Positions 9,088 through 18,116 of a stretch of 64,000 nt of DNA are shown here, in pieces. Location: contig CAXBMO010000001.1 in NCBI GenBank assembly GCA_963977015.1, forward strand, positions 384,001 through 448,000, given 5' to 3'. The translations under genes were made by a program, and so were the position numbers. The stretch comes from an uncultured bacterium (lineage in GTDB: Bacteria > Verrucomicrobiota > Verrucomicrobiia > Verrucomicrobiales > DEV007). The notes beneath the pieces are model-generated. The model had not been told where the DNA came from and made no database searches. It worked only from the letters and a program-made list of their open reading frames with translations. Numbering within the stretch: the stretch's first letter is position 1; each line of letters begins with the position of its first letter.

Positions 9088-10341
9088 TTAGGTGACCTTT
9101 GCTAGATGATCTTGAGATGTCACTTTAAAGATGAGGCGAACACGCAGGCCTCTGGGGTTTTCCACATTCTCCATCTGAATCCTCCCTTTATGCTGCTGCA
9201 TGATGCTCTTCACGACGGAGAGCCCGAGTCCGGTGCCTTTTCCGGTCGGCTTGGTGGTAAAGAATGGTTCGTAGACTTGATTGACTTTGTCTGGCGGAAT
9301 TCCCGGGCCGGTGTCGCGAAACTCCACGACCACGATCTCGTCTTTCTGACGCAACCTCTCAAAGTGGCGCGATCCTTCCAGGTGGGGCGAGTGCTCGACT
9401 TCCCCCAGCATCGTCCGAACCCTCAGCTTACCGGCGGGGCCTTCCAGTTCACCCATCGCTTGGGCTGCGTTGGTCGCTAGATTGATCAAGACCTGCTCAA
9501 TCCGGTTCCGATCGATTGCAACCGTCGGGAGATTTTCGAGCAATTCGATCTTTAGCTCCACGTTGTTGCTGATGAACTCGTGACGCACCATTTCGAGTGA
9601 CTTTCGAACGAGTTCATTGAGATCCTCGTTCGCAAATTCGGTTTCCGCCGGACGGGACAAATCCACCATTCCAATCACGATCGTGTTGGCGCGGTCAATC
9701 GCGTCCTTCATCGAATCCAGCATCGACATCGCGGTCTTGTCTTCGCTATCACAGCGACGCTGAAAAAAATCGACCCCCATCTGGAGAATCGCGAGGGGGT
9801 TTTTCACTTCGTGGGCGACGCCTGCTGCCAATCGGCCCAGCGATTCGAGTTTCTCCGATTGGATCAGGTGTCTCTCCGCGTCAGAGAGCCGTTGATTGGC
9901 TGACGCCAGTTTTGAATTCACCGACCGTAACTCGCCTTGGCTGCGTTTCCGCTCTACCGCATGCGTGATCGTACGGAGGAGCAATTCGGGGCGCAGTTCG
10001 TTCTTGGGCAGGAAATCCTGGGCACCGGCTTTGATGAGGCGAATGCCGAGCCCGTTTTCCTCCAGCCCGGTCAACACTGTAATGGCGACGCCAGGGGCTG
10101 CTTGTTGGATTTGAGTCAGGGAGGCGATTCCCTGCGAATCGGGCAGCGCGAGATCGAGGAGAATAATGTCGAAGTCGGGTTCCGTCGGTGAGGAAAGTTT
10201 TGCAATTGCAGAGTCGACGGAAACCGCCTGATGGAGGTCGTAGGCGGGAGCGCCGCTGTCGCGCAAATGTTGCCCAACTAGATGATAGTCCGAGTGATTA
10301 TCCTCGACACAGAGAATTCGGAGAATTGAAGAACGGATCAT
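9088..10341 (-). CDS. cytoplasmic receiver-histidine kinase (REC-HisKA-HATPase)
   Basis: N-terminal REC (VEDN, LDLALPD), H-box AHEVKNPL, NLATNA, DTGPGI, PFFTTK, GTGLGL. No TM segment. Confidence 0.92.
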   Translation of the reverse strand: MIRSSILRILCVEDNHSDYHLVGQHLRDSGAPAYDLHQAVSVDSAIAKLSSPTEPDFDIILLDLALPDSQGIASLTQIQQAAPGVAITVLTGLEENGLGIRLIKAGAQDFLPKNELRPELLLRTITHAVERKRSQGELRSVNSKLASANQRLSDAERHLIQSEKLESLGRLAAGVAHEVKNPLAILQMGVDFFQRRCDSEDKTAMSMLDSMKDAIDRANTIVIGMVDLSRPAETEFANEDLNELVRKSLEMVRHEFISNNVELKIELLENLPTVAIDRNRIEQVLINLATNAAQAMGELEGPAGKLRVRTMLGEVEHSPHLEGSRHFERLRQKDEIVVVEFRDTGPGIPPDKVNQVYEPFFTTKPTGKGTGLGLSVVKSIMQQHKGRIQMENVENPRGLRVRLIFKVTSQDHLAKVT

Positions 10342-10528
10342 GGCAACAGGGGGTGTTGCGAGTCCATGCCACGAATTGAGAGTCCCCCCGTAAAATTTCC
10401 GGGAGTGGGGGAAATTGAATCGTAAACCCGAATTCCAACCTGCATAGACATCGCCTCATTATTCTGCTGTGAGACTGAACAGGTGTCAATGCTAAGGTGA
10501 TGTTTCCGTCACCAACTTCTGTAACTGT

Positions 10529-11803
10529 CTAAGCCATAGCGATCGCCTTGGAATGCGTCTTCATTCCGTATTCGAGATGGCCCGGTAAATCGGCAATTTC
10601 CGCCACCGCCTTGAACAGGGGACCAAACTTATCCTCAAACAGATCGCCAATCAGGCAATCCGTGAGTTCGGGACGCAAATCCGGGTTCGCCTTGATGAGC
10701 TTGCCAAAGGAGAAGTTCTCGTCGTAAAACGCATAAACCAGGGCCCGCATCCGCTCGATTGCAGCACAAGTCTCCGCTCCATAGGCGTGAAACTGAGAAG
10801 CGGAAAAGTCACCCGTATCGAGCGCGGCATCGATGGCGTCAGCCGCCAATTCGCCTGTCTTCATCGCGAGGAAAACACCGCTGGAAAAAACGGGGTCGAG
10901 AAAGGCAAAGGCGTCCCCGGCGAGGAGGAAACCATCTCCAGCGCAAAACTCGGACCGGTAACTGAACTCGCCGGTCGTGCGGTAGTTGCCCTCCTTTTTG
11001 CCGGGAGCGAGGTGTTCCTGAATCCAGACGTTTTCAAGAATCTCGCGGTCCATGATCGCTTCCGGATCCTTGAGGCCGTCGCGATAGAGGTAATCGCGAT
11101 TGGCGACAATTCCGATCGACACGCGATTGTCGCGAAGAGGGATGTACCAGAACCAGCCGCGTTCAGGAATGTAGGCGACGGTGGTCGTGCCTTCATCGAG
11201 GCCCGGGTCGCGCATCGCTCCTTCGTAATAGGTCCAGAGCGCGATTTTATCGAGTTTGGGATCGCGCTTGCGCCATTTCTGCTTCCGGCTGATCAGGGCG
11301 TCACGGCCGGTTGCATCAACGGTCATTTTGCCAAAATGCTCCTTCTCCGTGCCGTCGGGATGGATCGCAATCACTCCTACCACAGTGCCGTTGTCGTCTT
11401 TGATCACGTCTTTGACCTTGGTGCCCTCCAAGGTCTTTGCCCCGTTCTCCTTGGCGGTGCGGTAGATCATGTTGTCGAATTCCGAGCGCTCAACCTGCCA
11501 GGTCGTCGATGACGGATGCTCCTTGTGCTGAAAAAAGTAGAAGGGGCGTGACTGGCGGCCATCGGGCGTCACGAACTGCACACTGTGCTTCTGCACGAAG
11601 CCGATTTCGTCCATCTTCTTTTCCAAACCGAGCCGTTGGAGGGTGTACCAACAAAACGGCATGAGGGATTCACCGACGTGGTAGCGGGGAAACGTCTCTT
11701 TCTCGATGAGGAGAACGTCTCGCCCTTTCTCGGCAAGCAGGGCTGCGGCGGTCGAGCCAGCGGGGCCGGCGCCAATGATGATGGAGTCGTGGGTTTCGGG
11801 CAT
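10529..11803 (-). CDS. flavin-dependent halogenase-like FAD oxidoreductase
   Basis: GAGPAG FAD motif, FPRYHVGESL, GFVQK (position of the catalytic Lys), GWFWYIP (WxWxIP), GDAFAFLDPVFSSG. Start at ATG 11803 (MPETHD). Confidence 0.8.
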   Translation of the reverse strand: MPETHDSIIIGAGPAGSTAAALLAEKGRDVLLIEKETFPRYHVGESLMPFCWYTLQRLGLEKKMDEIGFVQKHSVQFVTPDGRQSRPFYFFQHKEHPSSTTWQVERSEFDNMIYRTAKENGAKTLEGTKVKDVIKDDNGTVVGVIAIHPDGTEKEHFGKMTVDATGRDALISRKQKWRKRDPKLDKIALWTYYEGAMRDPGLDEGTTTVAYIPERGWFWYIPLRDNRVSIGIVANRDYLYRDGLKDPEAIMDREILENVWIQEHLAPGKKEGNYRTTGEFSYRSEFCAGDGFLLAGDAFAFLDPVFSSGVFLAMKTGELAADAIDAALDTGDFSASQFHAYGAETCAAIERMRALVYAFYDENFSFGKLIKANPDLRPELTDCLIGDLFEDKFGPLFKAVAEIADLPGHLEYGMKTHSKAIAMA

Positions 11804-11837
11804 TTTTGGGAGATTACGGGTCGGTGGAGAGGGCGGA

Positions 11838-12413
11838 TCAGTCCAATTTGGGAAGAGCTTCGACAATGTCGGCAAACGCCATGCCGTCGGCAAAACTCAG
11901 TTCGTTGCAGCGACCGTAGAGCGTTGTTCCAACATCTTCGCCCAGGGCATGAGCCATGATTTCGTCGGCCTGGACCCGGAAAAATCCGCGAGGGCGACCA
12001 AAATGCGGCACGTTTTGCTGTTGAAGCACGCCGCCGAGCGGGATGCGGCCTTCTTCGATCAATTCGCGAGCGGGGGAATCGAACATATTGAGGTGAATCG
12101 CAATCGCGCCACATTCGACCGGCATCAGGTTGTCGCGCCTTCGCAAAATCACCACGCGCAGCAGGTAGTCTTCGCTCTGCTCTTTATCGAGCACTTCGAG
12201 TCGCAGTTCGGAACCGTGATAGTGCTCCAGAGTTGGAGTCATGTCACGCTCGTGAACCAGCAACTCGCGATCGATCTCCGGCATATCCTCTCCATCGACG
12301 AAGTCGAGTGGAGGGAGGTCCAGATTGCGACGCTCGTAAAAGTAATGAAGCGGCATCAGCCAATGCAGGGCCAACGCTCCGTCTACCGACGCTGCTTCGC
12401 GGATCTCAGGCAT
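11838..12413 (-). CDS. chorismate pyruvate-lyase-like (UbiC/UTRA-fold) protein
   Basis: LLVHERDMTPTLE, LLRVVIL, IPLG, LYGR and terminal IVEALP follow the UbiC/Rv2949c motif order. ATG 12413 overlaps the upstream stop (ATGCCTGA). Confidence 0.55.
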   Translation of the reverse strand: MPEIREAASVDGALALHWLMPLHYFYERRNLDLPPLDFVDGEDMPEIDRELLVHERDMTPTLEHYHGSELRLEVLDKEQSEDYLLRVVILRRRDNLMPVECGAIAIHLNMFDSPARELIEEGRIPLGGVLQQQNVPHFGRPRGFFRVQADEIMAHALGEDVGTTLYGRCNELSFADGMAFADIVEALPKLD

Positions 12414-13767
12414 AGCGGGCATTGCGATGTTGGGGCAAAAAGAATTCGTGGAGCAGGCGATCGATCTGAAGCAGACCCTCTCGATTGAGTCGGATCTCGT
12501 CACCGTCGATTTCGCCAAATCCTTCCTCAACGATGTAGTTGAGTGGCTTTTCAAAGCGATCACGGGGATCAACGCCGTATTTATCAATGTAATAGGAGGC
12601 CGTGACCTTGCCGAGTTTGAGGCGGAGGATGAACTCGCGCAAGACGCGCTCTTCCGCATTCGTCTGGTAGGCCCGGTAAATCGGCAGCTTCCCGTCATCG
12701 AGCGCCATCATGTAGGGCCCGATGTCGTGATTGTTCTGGTAATGGACTCCGCCGAGATGACCGAAGGAGGCGACGCCCGCACTGAGCAAATCCGCACCTT
12801 CCCAAAGTTTGTCCCGATAGACGAACTTGGTTTTGTCCGGATTTTTGACCACCGTGGTCGCGCTGGTGACGGTGTATCCGGCTTTCTCAAATTCATCGAA
12901 TGCGTAGCTGACCCAACGGCGTTTCGTCGCCCAATCCGCCACGGGGGCGGTGAGCTTCCCGGCCGACTTCATCTCCTTGTAGAGCGTCGTGTTGTAGGGA
13001 ACCTCCATCTGGTAAATCGTGACGCATTCCGGACCGTATTTGATGGATTGCTCGATGCAGTTTTTCCAGTTGTCCTCCGTTTCATCGACCATCCCGGCGA
13101 TCAGATCGATGTTGATTTGGTCGAAATCGAGCGACTGGGCAAACTTGAGCGCGCGGTGAAGCTCGGGAGAACGGTGGGCCCGTCCGTTGAGCTCTAAAAT
13201 GTGGTCGTTGAAGTTTTCGGCGCCCAAGCTCAAACGCGTGATTCCGATTTCGCGCAGCGCTTCGAGCTTTTTCTCGGTCAGCGTTCCCGGTTCGGCCTCA
13301 AACGCGACTTCTTCGGTCTCCTCCCAAGGGAAACACGCCTTCATCCCGTCCGTCAGCTCTTTCAACTGGTTGACGGAGAGATAGCTCGGAGTTCCACCGC
13401 CAAAATAGACAAACTTGGGCTTTCGACCTGCCAGATACGGCTTCTCCGCATAGGTTCGAAACTCTTTCAGACCAGCCTGGAGGTAGCCGTTGATTTCGGC
13501 CGCATTGCGATCGGTATAGACCCGGAAATAGCAGAAATGGCAGCGCTTTCGGCAAAAGGGAATGTGAAAATAAAGACCGAGATCGGTATCGCCCACGGGA
13601 CCGTCGAGCGTTTGGTTGATAATGGGGACCTGATCCTGCTCCCAAAAGCTGAAGGGCGGGTAATTTGCGACGAAGTAATTCCCGGCTTCGGTCTCGTCGC
13701 CGGGTTTTTCGATGGGAATGGAGGAATCGAGGACAGCTTCGGAGATGGAGGAATGTTCAGTGGCCAT
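12406..13767 (-). CDS. HemN-like radical SAM protein (coproporphyrinogen III oxidase family, non-canonical)
   Basis: LYFHIPFCRKRCHFCYF (CxxxCxxC), YFGGGTPS, EAEPGT, RLSLG, NIDLIAG, HemN-like C-terminal domain. Confidence 0.88.
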   Translation of the reverse strand: MATEHSSISEAVLDSSIPIEKPGDETEAGNYFVANYPPFSFWEQDQVPIINQTLDGPVGDTDLGLYFHIPFCRKRCHFCYFRVYTDRNAAEINGYLQAGLKEFRTYAEKPYLAGRKPKFVYFGGGTPSYLSVNQLKELTDGMKACFPWEETEEVAFEAEPGTLTEKKLEALREIGITRLSLGAENFNDHILELNGRAHRSPELHRALKFAQSLDFDQINIDLIAGMVDETEDNWKNCIEQSIKYGPECVTIYQMEVPYNTTLYKEMKSAGKLTAPVADWATKRRWVSYAFDEFEKAGYTVTSATTVVKNPDKTKFVYRDKLWEGADLLSAGVASFGHLGGVHYQNNHDIGPYMMALDDGKLPIYRAYQTNAEERVLREFILRLKLGKVTASYYIDKYGVDPRDRFEKPLNYIVEEGFGEIDGDEIRLNREGLLQIDRLLHEFFLPQHRNARYA

Positions 13768-13851
13768 AGGTTCGCAGACTTAGAGGCAGCAAGGGGATTG
13801 TCGCTCAAAATTCACCAAAGACCTGAAGTTTTGGACATTGGTTCCCTCCTT

Positions 13852-14409
13852 CTAAATGTCCGGAACGGAAGCAACGAGCGTCTCATAGCGTTCAAGGATT
13901 CCCAACTTGCGACACCAATCCGCAATATACTCCCGATTCAATGCCTCCCCCTGCACCGCCATCACATCGCGAGCATCCTCCAAATCCTTGGGCCGCGCCC
14001 AGCGCAGTTTTTGAATGACGACGTCTTCAGCGGTGGGAATGGATACACTGGCATTGAGCTGTGGAACAAAGATCTCTTTCCGACGCTCGAATCGACTTTT
14101 TTGAAAATCATCAGTGGCCAGTTCAAAGAGCTCGATGACAAAAGGGGTGCCAACGATTTTTACAATGTGGCGAACGCTGCCTGTTATGGTTTCGAACGTC
14201 ACTTGACTGTCGAATTTGAAGCAATCAGGTAGATGCGAGGCCACTTCTGCAAGCTGTTTTGAGTGGCGCAACTCGATCACGATATCCACATCTTTGGTGT
14301 TGCGCGGGATGCCGTAAAAATTACTCGAAAGCCCTCCAACGATCATGTGTGGTACTTTCGCTTTGCGAAGCGCCTCCGTCATGTCCACCGCTGATTGCTC
14401 GATGGTCAC
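13852..14409 (-). CDS. nucleotidyltransferase, MenT1-like putative toxin
   Basis: IVGG...PRNTKDVDIV (GG...RxTxDxD), AEDVVIQKL, RPKDLED. GTG start overlaps the upstream stop (GTGA). Confidence 0.75.
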   Translation of the reverse strand: MTIEQSAVDMTEALRKAKVPHMIVGGLSSNFYGIPRNTKDVDIVIELRHSKQLAEVASHLPDCFKFDSQVTFETITGSVRHIVKIVGTPFVIELFELATDDFQKSRFERRKEIFVPQLNASVSIPTAEDVVIQKLRWARPKDLEDARDVMAVQGEALNREYIADWCRKLGILERYETLVASVPDI

Positions 14410-14669
14410 TTCGACTCCATAGGTTCGTAAATTCCCCTTTCCCGAACCATTCGCACTCGGTCAAACCGCGCTTGAACCGCCAATTGAATGGCATTTGGGT
14501 CTTGAGTCCCTAATTCCGAAGCCACTCCTGCCTCCGTGAAAGCCAGCGCAGATTCAAACAACCGGAAACCGTCGAGAAACTTCTCGCAGGGATCCTGTTC
14601 CCGAGCCCGCAACACCTTGTCCCGATAGATTTCGGCAGCGAGGTTGTCGATTTCAGCTTGCGGTTCCAT
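14406..14669 (-). CDS. small helical protein, putative MenA1-like antitoxin
   Basis: 87 aa from ATG 14669, translationally coupled to the nucleotidyltransferase. The EKFLDGFRLFE...AIQLAVQARF pattern resembles Rv0078B-type antitoxins. Confidence 0.6.
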   Translation of the reverse strand: MEPQAEIDNLAAEIYRDKVLRAREQDPCEKFLDGFRLFESALAFTEAGVASELGTQDPNAIQLAVQARFDRVRMVRERGIYEPMESK

Positions 14670-14748
14670 GCGCCAGTCTAGTCGTGGTTCCTCCCCTACG
14701 CAATCCGCGCAGTTGACCCGGTGGAACTTCGCGGGCAGTCTCCGTGGA

Positions 14749-15555
14749 ATGTCTCCTCTTTGCCCCAAACTGTCCATTCGGCTGGAAGTGTTGCCCGGAA
14801 AATCCGTTGCGGAACAAATTCAAAAGGCGGCAGAATATGGATTTCACGCCATCGCTCTTCCGGGGCGCTTTACCGATCGCTGGCTCACGGGATTGCGGGA
14901 ATGCGTTGACGATATCCCGCTTCCCATCGCGAGTCTTTCCCTCGGCTTCGAGCACTCGCTCATCAGCCCAACCGCGGATCAGCGGGCGAAATGCAGGGAC
15001 TCGCTGCTTCGTCTCTTCGATCTCTGCGCCGAGTTTGGGGCAAAACTCTTCAATATGCCGCCCTGCCTGATTCAGGACAATCCGGACCGAATTCAGGATC
15101 CCGGGCAAATCGAGGCGTTGCTGCTGGAGCAACTCCCTGAAATCGCCGACCAAGCCAAACAGCGTGACGTGGCGGTTCTTCTGGAGCCGGTGAACAAGTA
15201 CGAATCGGATACCATGAATTCCGTGATCGAGGCTGCCGCGATCTCGGAACGCTGCAATCATTCGCATCTCGGGATCACGGCCGACTTTTTTCACATGCAA
15301 TTGGAGGAGTTGTATCCCGCAGACGCACTGGAAAAAGCGCTTTCCCAAATTCGCCACATCCACGTTGCCGAGAACACCCGAGTGGAGCCTGGTCCCGGAT
15401 CGCTCGACTTTTATGAGGGGTTTGGCGTGTTGAAGGAGAACGGATACGACGGGATCATCGAGGTCGAATGCCGCTATCTTTCCGGTCCTGCAGACGAGGT
15501 GCTTCCCGTTTCGGCCGCCTTCCTGCAGAATGTGTGGAGAACCGTCGGCTACTAA
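14749..15555 (+). CDS. sugar phosphate isomerase/epimerase (xylose-isomerase-like TIM barrel)
   Basis: LLEPVNKYE, ADFFHM, HIHVAENTR..PG.G, EVE metal ligands. Confidence 0.88.
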   Translation: MSPLCPKLSIRLEVLPGKSVAEQIQKAAEYGFHAIALPGRFTDRWLTGLRECVDDIPLPIASLSLGFEHSLISPTADQRAKCRDSLLRLFDLCAEFGAKLFNMPPCLIQDNPDRIQDPGQIEALLLEQLPEIADQAKQRDVAVLLEPVNKYESDTMNSVIEAAAISERCNHSHLGITADFFHMQLEELYPADALEKALSQIRHIHVAENTRVEPGPGSLDFYEGFGVLKENGYDGIIEVECRYLSGPADEVLPVSAAFLQNVWRTVGY

Positions 15556-16676
15556 TCCCGTCCTTCGAACAAGAGCGGAAGCAACTGGATGAGGTAGTCC
15601 CGCCAAACCGGCCAGGAATGCCCGCCTTCGGTCACTTTCCAGACGTGAGGGATCTCCTTTTCCGTCATCCACTCGTGAAAGTAGACGTTGCGATCGAAGA
15701 GGAAATCATCCTTGCCACACCCCTGCCAAACCAGCTTGAACGCGGCGTTTTCGGGCATGGCGCCGAAGTGTTCCTGCACTTTTTCCGCATCGCCCGCAAT
15801 TCCGGAACTGAAACCCGCCACCCAGGCGAATTGATCCGGGTGATTGAGGCCGAATCGAAGGGCCTGGCCTCCACCCATCGATAATCCCGCGACGGCACGA
15901 CCTTCGGCGTCCGTCCGAATCCGGTAACGCGCTTGTATCAATGGCAACAGGCGGTCAAAAAAGTCGGTCGAAACGGCTTCGAAATTCTGGCGGCTCCATT
16001 CGTCTTTGTTCGCAATGAGAAAGGGATCGACTCCGGGCTGATTCGCATGGCCGTGGGGCATCACGATGACCATGGGTTTCACCTTGCCCTGGGCAATGAG
16101 GTTGTCGGCGATGAGGTGAGCGCGACCGACATTCGTCCACGCCGATGCATCGTCGCCGGAGCCGTGCAGCAGGAAGAGCACCGGAAACGTCTCGTCCGAT
16201 TCGGCGTAACCCGGTGGCGTGTAAACGTAGGTTGCTCGTTCGGTCTCAAGCATTTTCGAGTGATCGAGCAGTTGATGAACTTCGCCATGCGGCACGGCCT
16301 GGGCTTCCCACAGCAGGGGGGATTCGCCCGGAACTTCCACCAGATTGGACGAACGCCGCCAGCCTTTGACCCAGCGGTTGTGGGGATCCAGCACGTTCGT
16401 TCCATCCACCGAAAAGGAGTATTCATGGATGCCCGGCGGAACCGGTCCCACTGTTCCTTCCCAAATCCCATTGGCATTTTTCGTTAAACTGAGCTTTCCG
16501 TCGACGATTTCGCCAAGGACTTCGAGAGCCGTTGCTTTTGGTGCGACAAAGCGAAACGTGACGGTGCGATCCGGGTGAACTTCGGCCGATTTTGGGAACT
16601 TGGAGTCGGGATTATCGCCAAAGGCCGCTGATAGAAGAACGAGAAAGAAAATGGGGAGTGCGAGAGAATACTTCAT
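15552..16676 (-). CDS. secreted esterase (Ig-like N-domain plus alpha/beta hydrolase, CE1-like)
   Basis: Signal peptide, VTFRFVAPKA, YTPPGY, LLHGSGD, GLSMGG nucleophile elbow, GGHSW. Confidence 0.88.
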   Translation of the reverse strand: MKYSLALPIFFLVLLSAAFGDNPDSKFPKSAEVHPDRTVTFRFVAPKATALEVLGEIVDGKLSLTKNANGIWEGTVGPVPPGIHEYSFSVDGTNVLDPHNRWVKGWRRSSNLVEVPGESPLLWEAQAVPHGEVHQLLDHSKMLETERATYVYTPPGYAESDETFPVLFLLHGSGDDASAWTNVGRAHLIADNLIAQGKVKPMVIVMPHGHANQPGVDPFLIANKDEWSRQNFEAVSTDFFDRLLPLIQARYRIRTDAEGRAVAGLSMGGGQALRFGLNHPDQFAWVAGFSSGIAGDAEKVQEHFGAMPENAAFKLVWQGCGKDDFLFDRNVYFHEWMTEKEIPHVWKVTEGGHSWPVWRDYLIQLLPLLFEGRD

Positions 16677-16733
16677 GGGGTTGTTCGAGTCTTGAAAGTC
16701 AAGGTTGGTAATCCCAGTGTGTAAACCCAGAAC

Positions 16734-18116
16734 ATGCCTTCGATTCAACGACTTCTTTGCCTTTCTTTTTTACTCAGCACCGTGGGATTTGCTGACCAAC
16801 CCAACGTGCTCCTCATTTACACCGATGACCAGGGGGCGGTCGATGCCGGGTGCTATGGATCACCCGATTTGGAAACGCCGGTGATCGATCAGTTGGCGGC
16901 GGAGGGCGTTCGTTTCACACAGATGCTCGCGCCTTCGGCGATTTGCTCCGCGTCCCGAACCGGGCTTCTGACGGGAAGCATGCCGATGCGCGCCGGTGTG
17001 CCGGGAAACGTTTCCTCGCATCATGGAAATGCCGGGTTGCCGCCTGCGAACTACACCATGGCGGAGATGTTTCGCGATGCGGGGTACCGAACCCATCACG
17101 TTGGGAAATGGCACCTCGGCTATGACGAACTGACGATGCCGAATGCCCAGGGGTTTGACTCGAGTTGGGGGCACATGGGCGGTTGCATCGATAACTATTC
17201 CCACTTTTTTTATTGGAACGGGCCCAATCGTCACGATCTCTGGCGCGATGGCGTCGAAATTTGGGAGGATGGACAGAATTTTGGGCATCGCATGGTCGAG
17301 GAAACCAAGGCGGCGATTGATCACCAAGCGGAGAAGCCGTTTTTCATTTATTGGGCGATCAACTGGCCGCATTACCCGCTCCAGGGATACGACAAATGGC
17401 GAAAGCACTATGCCGCGAAAGGTCTCGAATCTCCCCGAGACAAATACGCCGCGTTTGTTTCGAGTATGGATGAGCTGATCGGGAATGTTTTGGATCATCT
17501 CGAGGCTCAGGGATTGGCCGATGACACGATTGTCATCTTTCAGTCTGATCACGGGCATTCGGTGGAGGAACGGACGTTTGGAAGCGGCGGAGACCCCGGC
17601 CCGTATCGTGGTCACAAAGGCAGTTTCTTCGAAGGCGGCTTGCGCGTCCCCTCGATCGTGCGCTGGCCCTCACGACTTCCGAAAGGCGAGGTGCGGGAGC
17701 AATTTGTGACCGGGTGCGATTGGTATCCGACCTTGCTCGAATGGTGTGGCGGATCGATGAAGGCGGACGCTCAAAAGCTCGACGGAAAGTCGATTGCGAA
17801 GGTGATCGAATCAGGAACCGAGAGCCCGCATGAAGGCTTTTACTGGACGTTTGGCGATCGCATGGACAAGCAGGGAAGGGACGTTTCGCACTGGGCGTAT
17901 CGGAAAGGGGATTGGAAGCTGATTTCCCATCCCAAGGATCAGGTGACTCCGCTCGCGGATGAGGACCGGAAACTCTTTCTCGCAAATCTCGGCAACGACA
18001 TCGGTGAAACGAAGAACGTTGCCAGGGAGCATCCCGAAGTCGTGGATGAGTTGCTCAAGGAACAACAGGTGATCGCGGAGGAACTCCGGAAAGACCTCCA
18101 AGCGCTCCGCCAATAA
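16734..18116 (+). CDS. sulfatase (formylglycine-dependent, S1)
   Basis: PNVLLIYTDDQG, CSASR (CxxxR), GKWHLG, SDHG, EGGLRVP; signal peptide. Confidence 0.95.
   Translation: MPSIQRLLCLSFLLSTVGFADQPNVLLIYTDDQGAVDAGCYGSPDLETPVIDQLAAEGVRFTQMLAPSAICSASRTGLLTGSMPMRAGVPGNVSSHHGNAGLPPANYTMAEMFRDAGYRTHHVGKWHLGYDELTMPNAQGFDSSWGHMGGCIDNYSHFFYWNGPNRHDLWRDGVEIWEDGQNFGHRMVEETKAAIDHQAEKPFFIYWAINWPHYPLQGYDKWRKHYAAKGLESPRDKYAAFVSSMDELIGNVLDHLEAQGLADDTIVIFQSDHGHSVEERTFGSGGDPGPYRGHKGSFFEGGLRVPSIVRWPSRLPKGEVREQFVTGCDWYPTLLEWCGGSMKADAQKLDGKSIAKVIESGTESPHEGFYWTFGDRMDKQGRDVSHWAYRKGDWKLISHPKDQVTPLADEDRKLFLANLGNDIGETKNVAREHPEVVDELLKEQQVIAEELRKDLQALRQ

Noticed and set aside
10342-10528. TCCCCC/GGGGGA inverted repeat upstream of the REC-kinase as a riboswitch
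   Set aside because: Short stem only, with no recognisable aptamer consensus.
12406-13767. Gene symbol hemN or hemW
   Set aside because: Diagnostic motifs of both are missing, and the context is not heme biosynthesis.
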